Source: Dendrobates tinctorius
Lineage: Eukaryota
Length of the DNA stretch: 64,000 nt
Direction: 5' to 3'
Assembly (NCBI RefSeq): GCF_039654945.1
Contig: NW_027361716.1
Location: 14,074,001-14,138,000, forward strand
Under the pieces are notes generated by a model. It was not told the origin of the DNA. It worked only from the letters and a program-made list of their open reading frames with translations, and did no database searches. The position numbers and the translations under genes are program-made. This document shows, one piece after another, positions 1 to 11,953 of the stretch; the stretch's first letter is position 1, and the number at the start of each line of letters is the position of its first letter.

Positions 1-657
1 GTCACGGTCCTGGCAGCGCCGGCGTGCAGCCACCGCTGAGCAGAAACTCACCAACACTGCAGGGGGGCTCGGGGTCAGATACGGCTGGGAAGCTCAGGCA
101 AACAGGACCTGGAGACGCTGAAGTTAGCAAGCAGTGAAGGACCTACGGTCATGTGACTGCAAGGGGCGGGGCTTAGCATCCTGCTGCCAGAGATCGGCAG
201 GACACAACTACAGGAATGCTCAGGTCAGACAAACGGGGGTCATACACAGAGATAGCAGTAAAGTACCAGGGATGAGACAGAGCGGATAGTCGGGGCCAGG
301 CAGCGGTCAAAGCCAAACAGACATAGAAGGTACCAAGCAGAATCCAACAAGCAGTATCCAGAGAACAGACCGAGTCGAAACCAAAGTATCAGGCAAACAA
401 GAACACAGCACAAACACACTCAGGGGTCAACACACTCTGCCAAGGGCGAAAGTATAACTGACGAGGATTAGAGCTTCCTGAGGCTATAAAAAGCTTTCCC
501 AGAACCAAGGAGAGGCCACAATAATAAGTCCCAGGTGTGCAGGTAAGAGCCTGCACTGAGATCATAACATTTAACCCCAGAAGTGCAGGTCCACCAGCAC
601 TGGTTCCAGACATTAACCCAAGCGTGCGGGTCCAACCCGCACTGGGATCATGGCACA
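1..657 (-). mobile_element. Probable solo LTR (Gypsy-like), running off the window start
   Basis: Reverse complement reads TGCCATGATCC...GGACCGTGAC, matching the termini of the solo LTR at 20140-21302 (TGTCATGATCC...ACCGTGACA). The TSD cannot be checked at the window edge. Confidence 0.45.
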
Positions 658-2259
658 TATGTACAACAACTGGAGATAGATCTGGGTTCAGAAACCTCCA
701 GAAGCTCCATCGTACAATATAGCAGGTGCTGCAGCAATAATGTATTACATTGTGACTAAGTGAGAGCTGCTGTGTCCTGGGCCTTTTGCTCTTACTATTA
801 GAAACCTCTCCTAAACGGCAGATTACCCTCTATGATGTCCATATTTCCCTACTAGGGTTTCCCTATTAGCCTCTTTACTGCAAAATGGAATTCTTTAAAA
901 ATAAAGTCCAGTTTTTACTTAGGCTGTTTGGCATAGCAACAACTTTTTGCAAAAGACATCCTTTCCTTATTTGAAAGGGTCTGCTACAAACATTTTAGCG
1001 TTACACAAGGCACAGGAATCTCTATTCCAAACCAGATTTCAGAGGTGATGGGTGTAATATGTTCCAAGCATAAATTTGTTTTCTGTATTTTACGAAGTAA
1101 TGCCGAGTATAAAAACTGTGCCAACAATATTGGCTTCATATGCCCTATAGACATGGTTGGCAGTATGCCAAAGAGACCATCTAGTGGACTCCAAAAGATT
1201 GTAGTTATAGGCTCATTATTGGGTAAGAGGGAAAAAAAAATATCTTCCCAGTTACATTTTTGGGGAATTTTTCTTTGCATTCTTAGATTTTTAAGCAGGT
1301 GGAGGTATCAGCACTCTCGTTCATAAAAATAATGCCAATATTACTGCAACACTCTGTAATGAAAAAGGGATTGTAACTCTGTATGCCCAATCAAATGTCC
1401 AAATGGCCTAAGGAGTGTCATAGAAATGACTGCCAGTAGAGGTTGGAGGTCTACTATTTTACCCTTAAAAATGGTGTAGGTGCTTTCCAGACTCTAAGGC
1501 ACCGATTAAACAAAATGGACTAGAAATTTGTCTTAAAACAATTTGAAAATTTAGCTGTTTTTACACCTGTTTTATTCTGCTCTGTCTAAAGGCATGTAGC
1601 TGAGGCAGTAGTGGTGAATCAGGGCATGAATCCTTCATCACTCCCAAACAAATTATAGTCTTGTCTCCTAGACGTCATGCACAGAAGAGGCTCGATCCCA
1701 CCAGTCTCGATATACCCTTCAGCCTGAGCTCCAGCAGCTCCCAGTGCCAAACACAAGTGTTCATCTCCATGCACAGTTCACACTGAACTGGCTGCAGCTT
1801 CCACTCGTTTCTCTGAAGCTCCAACACACAGACTTCTCAGTTTTCCTAGCTGATCCGTGTGCTCTCCATGCGGGGAGAGACTCTGGCTTGTCTCTATCCC
1901 AGCTACAGCTCACATTTTTGGCCGGTAACTCACCTATTTCAACACACTGCATTGTGCTCAGTATCCAGCAGATTGACACCCTTGTTAACCCATTTCCTGA
2001 TTCTTAGTCAAAGCTGGCCAGGTGCGGGTAATTAAGACCTGCAGTGCTAGGATTTAACCCTGTCCTACCTGACATTGCTGCAATAAAACTTTGTCGGATT
2101 TGTGAATTCATATTGATACTCCAGCAACAAGTCTGTGGTGTTTTCATATATTTGAGGTCTCCAAGCGTCTTGGTTGGTGAGCAGTGTGAAGGTCTACAAA
2201 GGAACTGAAAATGTCTCAAATATTACTCATTACATTTTTTTTTGGATGGGGGCGTTCGG

Positions 2260-2790
2260 AGGGGGACGAAAGAGTAACTTGTTTGCAAGCACAATAGGGA
2301 ACCAGCTTTCTGAATATGCAGATATCTGCAGACAGACATGAGGTGGTGATTGTGAATGATTTACCATATATATTTTATGTAATTAACTCCACATGACTTG
2401 ATAAACATAATTGAGGTGATGTCCTCACCAGCAGAGGGAGCAGTGATCGTTTCTGTCGCGTCTCTGTCACTTTCCCACCTGCATGAACTCTCTTTCCCAT
2501 CCAGTCTCCCATCTGGCCCCCGGATTGCCAGCTTGCATTTGATGACAAGCTATAATTTTGCACTCAATATAGGATTAGTCTAAGCTGATTTTAAACTTTA
2601 GTATCTTTTAACCTGCCACTTTATTGTAGACATCAGCTGGATGCTCAGTTTGATATTTGGGTACTAGCAATTATTTGTGCTGGAGGCAAACTTGCTTCCA
2701 AAATCATTAAACTGAAGCAACTAATTAATTTGGGGAACTTTTCGCTTACGTAATGTCATCTTTCAGCTGATTTACACCCATTCTCACTCT
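2260..2790. promoter_or_regulatory. Candidate conserved non-coding element (possible PAX6 long-range enhancer) with a CTCF-like motif
   Basis: Repeat-free island in an ELP4 intron. Multiple TAAT/TAATTA cores; CACCAGCAGAGGGAGCAG at 2426-2443 resembles the CTCF core. Function is inferred from location only. Confidence 0.4.
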
Positions 2791-3127
2791 GTTGTATACC
2801 ATGTGCTCCCGTTTTACGCTCCTTACCATCGTTGGCACTGTTATTACTATTAGTGTAGCTTATATACATGTGCAATTCGTGTGTCATCGAGTCTCCTTTG
2901 CAAATAGATCTTTGCCACAACCGGACTAGCTACGCTTGCTGTGAACAAATGGTTAATCCTGGTAGATGTCACTCACTATTATCACCACTATTGTGGCGTG
3001 TATGTGCCGGTCTCAGGAAGCCCTCCGATAGAGAACAGGGATAATAGATATGATATCAGTATATGTTACTGGGCAAGTCAAACTGAAATATATTATCAAA
3101 GGGTTTTTAACCTCAGTAGGAAGGAAC

Positions 3128-3478
3128 TAGTGATAGGTGACCGTGGTCGGCACTGCTCGATCATTGGTCATCGGGGTGTGCTTGATCGAGTATCGGGCAC
3201 TGCTGAGTATTGTGTGGTGTTCGGGTCCCCGTAAGACGCTGATTTGACTCATTTAGGCACCGCTGAAGCGGGGGGTGTCCCCATACCGGACTCCTTTATC
3301 AGCCAGACTCTTTGTGACCTGTAGAAGTGAGAGAGAGAGTCCATCTGTCCTCCAGAAAATGCTTGAGCTTCACATTCAATTGCATGGTTCTCACTACTCT
3401 AGACGAGCGCGTCCGGGCGTCCGACGTGCTCAGTGCGAGTACCGAACGCTCGAGCGTTTCACTGCTGGATCAACACTA
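3128..3478. mobile_element. hAT-type MITE
   Basis: Imperfect TIRs TAGTGAT...CAACACTA flanked by an exact 8-bp TSD GAAGGAAC (3120-3127 and 3479-3486). Confidence 0.8.
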
Positions 3479-3859
3479 GAAGGAACATGTAAAGAAGGTA
3501 GAAAGAAGCGTCGTGCATGTTGAACACCAGTGCCTTATCCTTTTGTTCTCAGAGGAGATGAACCACTGACAGAAGTGTCTGGCTGTGGCTTAATCCCTTA
3601 TCCACATTTATATAACACATGCACACTCAGAGGAATGGAGCATGCATATATATAGGGGATTTGGAAAAGAGACCTGTTAGTGGAAAGTTTGGCTAAGTAT
3701 CTGTATGGCCATCTTACCTTTAGCTCACACTCCTAGAGGTAAACTGTATTGATATCTCAGTATAAAAGTGTGTTACATACACAATACTTTCCTCCCTTGT
3801 GCAGGTACCAATTTACCTGAACTAAAAAAACCTATCCCAGGATAAACAGATAAGTTACA

Positions 3860-4270
3860 TTTAGAGGGCATCTGTCACCAGGTTTATGCTGCCACATTTA
3901 AGAGCAGCATAATGTAAGTGTCGATTCCAGTGATGTGTCACTCACTGAGCTGCTTGCTGTAGTTTTGATAAAATCCCTGTTTTATCTGCCGCACATCTAC
4001 CACTCACTGATTGTTGAGCTCGGTATAAGCCCACCCACATTACTGATGGGACAGCTGTGTACACTGTGCGTAGGCAGTAAGCTTCCAGTCAGTGATGGGG
4101 GCAGGGTTGTTCAGAGCTCCTGAATATGGAGCACTACATCTCAGCAGGTTTACTAGTCCTCTGTTGATCATCTCCTGCTGAGAAAACTGTTACTTCATCA
4201 AAACTACAGCAAACAGCCCAGTAAGTGACACGTCACTGGAGTCAGAGTCTCCAGTGATGTAATGCTAGTG
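3860..4270. mobile_element. Degenerate Kolobok/T2-type MITE
   Basis: Starts TTAGAGGGCATCTGTCACCAGG (AGGG-ATCTGTCA type terminus) and is internally palindromic. A similar body recurs at about 26050-26265. Confidence 0.5.
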
Positions 4271-4431
4271 ACATAGAAAAACACCTATTAAAAGGTAAAT
4301 TGAACTAATATTTGAATTGCTCTTCAGAAATGAAGTAACTGCGGATAACATTGGTTAAACTAATCTTACAATTTTATGTTTACAGAACAAAATTGTAGAT
4401 TTTTAATCACCGCTATTTGCATATTCGCTAC

Positions 4432-4439
<8 letters not shown>

Positions 4440-4472
<33 letters not shown>
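4440..4472. repeat. (TA)n microsatellite
   Basis: Run of TA dinucleotides. Confidence 0.95.
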
Positions 4473-4473
<1 letters not shown>

Positions 4474-4813
4474 CTGGGGAGCTAAAATGAAAGGTTACAT
4501 TTTATAACCAGGGTTGTATTGTTTGCTGACTTTTGTTCTATGAGATTTTTGAAACTAGTTAGCACAGATAACTGTTAACGTGCGCAGCAATGCCTAGAGA
4601 GAACGATGATGACACTTATGGCGTAGTTCTAAGCTGTCACTGGTGTGCACTTACATGTCAGACTGGCACACATCACCGGGAGTTTATTGGAAATGGTAAA
4701 AGGTTTTGCTTCACAAAGAAATAAAGATGAATAAATGGCGCCACTGGATCTCTATACACACCGATATGAAAAAAATACATATTAGTCAGGACTGTCTTGA
4801 ATGTTATATTTAA

Positions 4814-6041
4814 CCCCTTCACCCCCAGGCCATTCACCCCCAGGCCATTTTCCGTTTTTTTTTTTTTTTTTTGCTTCTTTTCTTCCCAGAGCCATAACTT
4901 TATTTTTCAATATGGCCATGTGAGGGCTTGTTTTTTGCAGGATAAGTTGTACTTTTGAACAGCACCATTGATTTTACCATATAACTTACTGAAAAATGTG
5001 AAGGAAGTTCCAAGTGGGGTGGAATTACATAAAAAATGCAATTCCACAATTGTTTTTTTTTTTGTTTTGTTTTGTTTTTTACTGTTTTCACTAAATGCTA
5101 AAACTGACCTGCCATTGTGATTCTCCAGGTCATTACAAGTTCTCAGATATTAAACAGTCTACATTCTTTTTTTATTTAAGTGGTGAAAAAAAATGCAAAG
5201 CTTGGTTAAAAAAAAATGACGTCATATTCTGATACGTCTCCATTTTTCATGATCTCAGGTTGGGTGAGGGCTTATTTTTTGCGCGCCGAGCTGATGTTTT
5301 TATCACTAACACTTTAGTGCAGATACAATCTTTTGATCGCCCAGTATTGCATTTTAATGCAATGTTGCAGCAACCAGAAAAACCTAATTCAGGCATTAAT
5401 TTTTTTCTCATTACATCATTTACTGAACGGATTAATTATTTTTATATTTTGATAGATTGAGCGATTGTGAATGCGGCGATACCAAATGTGTATTTTTTAT
5501 TTATTTTTTATTGTTTTAGTTTGAATGGGGTAAAACGGGGTGATTTGAACTTTTATTTTTTTAATATTTTTAAAAACATTGCTTTTACACTTTTGCTTGC
5601 TTCAATAGTCTCCTTAGGAGACTTGAAGCTGTGATCATCTGATCGCTTGTGCTACACATAGCAGGGCTCTGGCAGAAATGCTCATCTGCTATGAACGCCA
5701 GACATGGGCCATTGCTCATTGCAGATCGGCAATGATAACCACAGGGGTCTCCTACTGACCCCAGGTTGTCATGCCAATTCATCAGTGCCCCGCGATCATG
5801 TGCCAGGAGTGCGCCAATGGGCAGAGCTAATGGCTCGTTTCTTGCGTGATCATGTTATATGCCGCTGTCAGAGATTGACAGAGGCATTTAGCATGTTATC
5901 ACTCGTGGATATTAGGGGCACATGACAGTTGATTAAATCCGCTGTCATGTGTTGGAAAAGATGGCAGCTCAGTGCATGAGCCCGGATCAAAGGGGGAGAC
6001 ATTACGTATGATGTACATCTACGTCATATGTCATAAAGGGG
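4814..6041. mobile_element. Non-autonomous piggyBac-like element
   Basis: TTAA|CCCCTT...AAGGGG|TTAA termini with TTAA TSD; no coding capacity. Related copies lie in the opposite orientation at about 34290-36768 and 39662-40769. Confidence 0.75.
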
Positions 6042-6587
6042 TTAAACATTACATGGCTCCAAAGTCTCTCACATAAAATCACTGTATATGGTAGGATAAG
6101 ATGTTAAAATGCACAGTACCAGTCAAAAGATTGGGCACACCTGTTAATCGAGTGGTTTTTCTTGTTGTTATTGTGATGTGCACATTGTAGATTCAGACTG
6201 AAAGAAGCAAAACCACAAAGGAACACTTACAGGAACAAGGAGTGAAGAAACAGGTGAGGAATAAATCCAAATGTGTTAAACTTTAGATTCCTCAAAGTAC
6301 CCCCTTTTGCTCCAATAACTACTGTACACTTTGACATTTTTTCAAGCCGCTTCATCATGTAGTCACCTGTGATTGCTTTCGTTGAGCAAGTATGCCTCCT
6401 CAAGAGGTTACTTGTGGAATCACCAGCCTCCAGAAAGCGTTTGCGACCATCAGGTGTGTTTTGTAGAGGCAGCATAGGTACACAGTTCGATACAAGTCTG
6501 AGCCCAAAAACATCAATATTGAAAAGCAGAAGAAACAGTTGCAGAGGAAATGTAAATTCTCACAGAGGAAACACAGGGAGGCGCTAT

Positions 6588-7801
6588 TATGGCGCCCCTG
6601 AGGCTTCAGTCACCACAGAGGTACTGCACCTCCTCCTGAAGTGTGGTACCCCACTATACAGGTAAGGTGGAGACACCTGACCACACTCCAACACTCACAT
6701 CCCACACGCACACCAGTAGTGTGGCAGAGCAACCTTTGTGGCTCCCTGCTTGGAACAGTGCTGGGAGCTGGGTGGAGCTTAGACTGCACAAGAGAGCGGG
6801 AGAATATTAGGAAATAGTCAGTTGGTGAGAGAAGATCCCCAGAGAGGGATGGAGTGAAGGAAGTGCTGCAGCAGACTCCTGTGACCTGGAGCTGCTGGCA
6901 CAGGAAAGAGCCATAGAAAGCCTGATTCTTCAGAGGGAAGAAAGATTAGTGCGGAACATAAGGAGAAGAGAACTATGGACTGGTTTCAGAACAGAGCCCT
7001 TCCTCAAGTTTGAAGCGCATGGCCGGAGTCCGGTCTCCGAGGTTGTATGGATACTGATGTTCCTGCAGCAGAAACCGGAGGAATAGAAGTCGTCACCACT
7101 TTATTCCCATCGAAGACTTGGGGGCACAACAGCAACATGGGTGAGCCGGGACATGATAGCAAGAAGTCCCCGAAGCAGGCTACAGCTGTCTGCCATACAA
7201 GTAGAGTTGTAAGTAACATCAAGAAGGAGGAACTTCAGTTTAATACTCAAGTACAACTCCTCCAGATTTGGCGCTAGTATGGAGACGTTCAGAGAAGGCA
7301 CATGTTGGAGGAGTGCTGGAAAGGTGTACTTTACCTTGCCTGGGAGTTTGGCTGAGCCCCTGACCTGGAGGACACGGCACTGAAGCGGGCATCTGTGCGC
7401 ACCAGACTGTGAGTATAGCCTTTGGAACTACATGCCCTTGTGTCCTCCACTTCTTCCTGCGCCTTGCACCCGGCTCTGCTACATCTACTTCTTTACACCA
7501 TCTCCCCATTTACCACCTTCATCTACTCTGCCCTGGGACTACAGCTCCACCTGTGGGGAGCTTCAACATCATTGCTGCACCACAACATCTGTCCCAGAGG
7601 AGCAACCCTGCAGCGCTGGTCAAACTGACCAGAAACCACAGGTGGCGTCACGAATCATCCACTTATAAACTTTAATCAGCCACGCTTTACCCCTTTTACA
7701 TGGACGCCCAGGGCCACGGACCGGGTCACCGCTACTGTGACACTTCCCTCTGAGATACCGGCCTGGTACCGAGTACCCCACGGCCCCTGGCGGGCGATCC
7801 A
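6588..7801 (+). repeat. 5' LTR
   Basis: TATGGCGCCC (TG mutated to TA)...GGGCGATCCA; roughly 95% identical by eye to 10269-11479. Confidence 0.92.
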
Positions 7802-7804
7802 TTT

Positions 7805-7822
7805 TGGCGTCACGAACAGGAT
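7805..7822 (+). promoter_or_regulatory. Primer-binding site for tRNA-Ser(CGA)
   Basis: TGGCGTCACGAACAGGAT, 3 nt after the LTR end, is the complement of the 3' end ATCCTGTTCGTGACGCCA of a vertebrate tRNA-Ser(CGA) as I recall it. Confidence 0.85.
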
Positions 7823-8024
7823 GACAAAGCCTAGTATCACCGGGTCCTGTGTGCTGAAGATTTATTGGACTTAAAATTGCTGAGAATGTGCAAAAGAACC
7901 AAAATGATAGACTATAAAATGGACTCTCAAAATGGCCACCGGCGCGGTGAAGAAGGGCATAACAACATGGGTGGCCCTAAGAAAAGAGCGCGAACTGTCC
8001 TGGGCCTCCCCTGCCTGAACTTCT

Positions 8025-9593
8025 ATGCAACAGCAACATGGCCCACCCCCAGAGGGATTTGTATACTGGCTTGGTATGGAGGAAGAGGAAGAAGGCGCCG
8101 CCCTAGGAAGGAGGAGCAAAGCCCTGTGGCAGGAAGGGAGCCCAGAGAGAAGCCAGGTCGCCATGATGGAAGGACGGAGGCCTGAAGAGCGCGAGGAAGA
8201 GGAGCTTGCCTTCTCTGGCGCAGTAGTTGAAGGCTCCAGCCCTGCTTCTGTGATGGACCGTCAGCAGCTGGAGGAAGAAATCGCCATGCTGAACCGCAGT
8301 CTGCGGCTGAAGCAGGAGGCTCTGCAGGCCTTGGATCGGCAGTGCACCCAGGAGGGGCCTGCAGAAACGGTACCTCCACCACCGGTACCCGCCGCCGCTG
8401 CACCAGTTCCACCCCAGGCACCACCTGTGAAACCTGCGGCCGCTGCAATGCCATCGGCAGCGCCTGCCAGCACCTCCACGCTGATACCGCTGCTGGGTGC
8501 TGGCTGCCAGGAGGAGTTACCAGAGGACCCGGGAGCTGAATGTGAGGCAGAGACTGTGTTTTTGTCTGGACCTGGCGCGGCCGCGCAGGTCCCACTGGAG
8601 GTCTCCGCCGTTCCTGAACCAGCACCAGCTCCAGTAACCACCGCTGCCACCAGCCGCCGTCCAGTGGATGCACCGGAGTTGGAACACCGTCCTGAAGCGT
8701 CAGGTATGACCGCCGCCCCTGCAGCTGGGGAGACCTCTGAGTTCCCGTCCGCTCCAACGTCCGGGTAGGTTGTGCTGGACCTAGTCTGTGACCGGGATAC
8801 TAGTCCCGGGGGGGAAACACCCGAACAACTGGCAGTGGTGCGCATGTCCGCTGTTGGCAGAGGCCGGTCCCGAGAGGAGGAGGAGAAGGAAACCCGCTGC
8901 CAGCAGACTATCCGCAAGCTGGCAGCAGAACAGCGGGAGCAGAGGAGGCTGGCAGTGCTGGGCCCTGACCTCGACAGGAAGCAAAAGGCCCACGCCGGAC
9001 ACTATGGTCCTCAGGACTCAGCCGGATGGGGTCGGGTCCTGAATTTTAATTTGGAAAGGGGGTTTGGTTTCATCTCGGACCCCCAGAAAATCTCTGACTT
9101 GTTTGTAAGCCGGAGGGATGTAGAGTCCCACCTCCGGAGGGGACACCCCGTCTGTGATCTACACAGGGGGGATTACATGACATTCACCCGCCATGAGGGG
9201 CTGCGCGGCTGGTATATCCTGAATGTGCGCCGCATCTCTGAGGAGTTCATAGCGGCCTATGAAAAGGACAGGCCTACGTTCCTCTGGCAGAGGCCGTTCC
9301 CACCTTGGTATTTGCACCCACCAAAGCCAAGCAGGCCACATCCACGGAAGTAAAGCACCGTTGCTATCCCTGCTGTGCCACAGGCAGCAGTTCCGCCAGC
9401 TGTCAGGCCAAAGACCAGAGCAGCTACCACGCCATCAACAGCTGCTGAGCTACCACCGCAGGCAGCCATTCCCCAAGCCCAGCAGGAGGACTATGGACCA
9501 TATGTGATGCCACCAGGTGGCGGCCATCCTGAAAGTCTTCCCTGGAAACCGAAGAAACCTGCTTCCACCACCCCAGGAGGGGACCACCACTAA
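8025..9593 (+). pseudogene. LTR-internal reading frame of about 520 codons: coiled-coil / Pro-Ala-rich / cold-shock domain / Pro-rich, interrupted by two in-frame stops
   Basis: ORFs 8025-8768, 8772-9353 and 9375-9593 share one frame and are separated only by TAG (8766-8768) and TAA (9351-9353). The CSD at 9030-9236 reads GRVLNFNLERGFGFI...DLFVSRRDV...GDYMTFTRHEGLRGWYILNVR. Confidence 0.75.
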
Positions 9594-10268
9594 GTACATT
9601 TCTAACTGAACTGTTACCCAGGAGGGTATGTGCCCTCATTTTCTGTGTTTTCCCAGTTTGCCCAGTTGTCACCCATTTTATTGAACTGAGTGATCATGAA
9701 CTTGGAGTGATCCACAAACTTTGCTTGTAAATAGTTTGCGCCTCATAAGGTGCTGTCTCTTGGTTTTACATGAGCAGTCTTCAACAAGGACTACCTCAGG
9801 CCCGAGTTCTACTTCAGCTACAGAGACACTGCAAGAAATCCCGGCTGGGATCGGTGTCCAGCCCTTGCAAGAATTATTGCTGTCTTACTGTGAAGTCTTT
9901 TATATTGTACCTTATAAAAATGTTGGTAGCAATGTTTAGCTGCAGTATTAGAAATGGATGTTTTGCAGAAAGTAGTTTAGAAGTGATCTTTGATAAAAAT
10001 GTACAGTTCTTTGAATAAAAACTTGAATTCAGGTGATGAACCAGGGTCAGCGGTTGTCACCAAGGTAGCGCTTCAGATAGTAGTAGTAAAACTAAAGTTA
10101 TCTTAGGTAACGTTAAAAGTAAAAGTGCCTCTCTTAGAAGATGTTTTATTAGTAGTATAAGTAATGTTTACTTCAGGCAGTACTGTTAAAATAAAAATTT
10201 TGTATGTTCCTTATGTAGCATCCTTTGTTTCACTTGCAGCCCGGGACGTGCTGTGTTTAACGGGGGTA

Positions 10269-11479
10269 TGTGGCGCCCCTGAGGGTTCAGTCGCCACAGA
10301 GGTACCTCACCTCCTCCTGAGGTGTGGTACCCCACTATCCAGTTAAGGTGGAGACACCTGACCACACTCCAACACTCACATCCCACACACACACCAGTAG
10401 TGTAGCAGAGCAACCTTTGTGGCTCCCTGCTTGGAACACGAAGAGTGCTCGGAGGTGGGTGGAGCTTAGACTGCACAAGAGAGCTGGAGAATATTAGGAA
10501 AGAGTCAGTTGTTGAGAGAAGATCCCCAGAGAGGGATGGAGTGAAGGAAGTGCTGCAGCAGACTCCTGTGACCTGGAGCTGCTGGCACAGGAAAGAGCCA
10601 TAGAAAGCCTGATTCTTCAGAGGGAAGAAAGATTAGTGCGGAACATAAGGAGAAGAGAACTAAGGACTAGGGTCAGAGCAGAGCCCTTCCTCAAGTTTGA
10701 AGCGCATGGCCGGAGTCCGGTCTCCGAGGTTGTATGGATACTGATGTTCCTGCAGCAGAAACCGGAGCAATAGAAGTCGTCACCACTTTATTCCCATCTA
10801 AGACTTGGGGGCACAACAGCAACGTGGGTGAGCTGGGACATGATAGCAAGAAGTCCCCGAAGCAGGCTACAGCTGTCTGCCATACAAGTAGAGTTCTAAG
10901 TAACATCAAGAAGGAGGAACTTCAGGTTAATACGCAACTACAAGTACTTCAGATTAGGCGCTAGTGTGGAGACGTTCAGAGAAGGCACATGTTGGAGGAG
11001 TGCTGGAAAGGTGTACTTTACCTTGCCTGGGAGCTGGCTGAGCCCCTGACCTAGAGGAAACGGCACTGAAGCGGGCATCTGTGCGCACCAGACTGTGAGC
11101 AAAGCCTTTGGAAGTACATGCCCTTGTGTCCTCCACTTCTTCCTGTGCCTTGCACCCGGCTCTACTACATCTACTTCTTTACACCATCTCCCTATTTACC
11201 ACCTTCATCTACTCTGCCCTGGGACTACAGCTCCACCTGTGGGGAGCTTCAGCATCATTGCCTCACCACAACATCTGTCCCAGAGGAGCAACCCTGCAGC
11301 GCTGGTCAAACTGACCAGAAACCACAGGAGGCGTCAAGAATCATCCACTTTAATCAGCCACGCTTTACCCCTTTTACATGGACGCCCAGGGCCATGGTCC
11401 GGGTCACCGCTACTGTGACTCTTCCCTCTGAGATACCGGCCCGGTACCAAGTACCCCACGGCCCTTGGCGGGCAATCCA
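10269..11479 (+). repeat. 3' LTR
   Basis: TGTGGCGCCC...GGGCAATCCA, preceded by AACGGGGGTA (PPT) and followed by the TSD CTAT. Confidence 0.92.
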
Positions 11480-11953
11480 CTATTGTACACTGAGCTTGAG
11501 ATGAGTGAATTGCAAAGGAACTTTAATTCACCAGACTAGAAATATGATATGGCACTTGGACTGTTATTATTATATTAACTTAAGAACGAAGCATTTCTAT
11601 TTCGGCTTGAGGTCTTCAACAGGATTTTGAAAAACATCCTTCTCTTGGAGCCCAAGAGTAACCCTCTACCCTGTTATGCATACTTTCTTATTGTTGCTCC
11701 ACTGGAAGGTGTTCAGCTACAGGGTTTGGCAGCAGTAGCAGAGTAAAACCTCTTTGTGGAATCCTGATGTAATTGTTGGTGTTGTGCCAGAAGCACAACT
11801 ACCTGAAGTGGTTAGTAAACTGTATTTCTACGAGGTGTTTATTTTTTTTCTTTTGCTAATACAGTCATGAAAACAATCAATCATTGTGATGTTGATGGAT
11901 TTGAGCCCACTGGATTGGTGTGATTAAGTGAGTACTTGGGCTTCACTAAAGCA

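Larger units (their letters stand above)
6588..11479 (+). mobile_element. Full-length non-autonomous LTR retroelement carrying a cold-shock-domain reading frame
   Basis: Two 1.2-kb direct repeats (6588-7801, 10269-11479), 4-bp TSD CTAT on both sides, PBS at 7805-7822 and a G-run PPT just before the 3' LTR. The 2.5-kb interior shows no recognisable protease, RT, RNase H or integrase motifs. Confidence 0.92.

Noticed and set aside
8023-8917. Antisense ORFs of 244 and 218 aa in the LTR interior
   Set aside because: Expected shadows of a GC-rich sense frame; no recognisable motifs.
8772-9353. Processed YBX1/LIN28 pseudogene or bacterial csp contamination
   Set aside because: The domain is much more diverged than a retrocopy would be, lacks the YBX tail and the LIN28 CCHC knuckles, and lies between LTRs with PBS, PPT and TSD inside a vertebrate intron.
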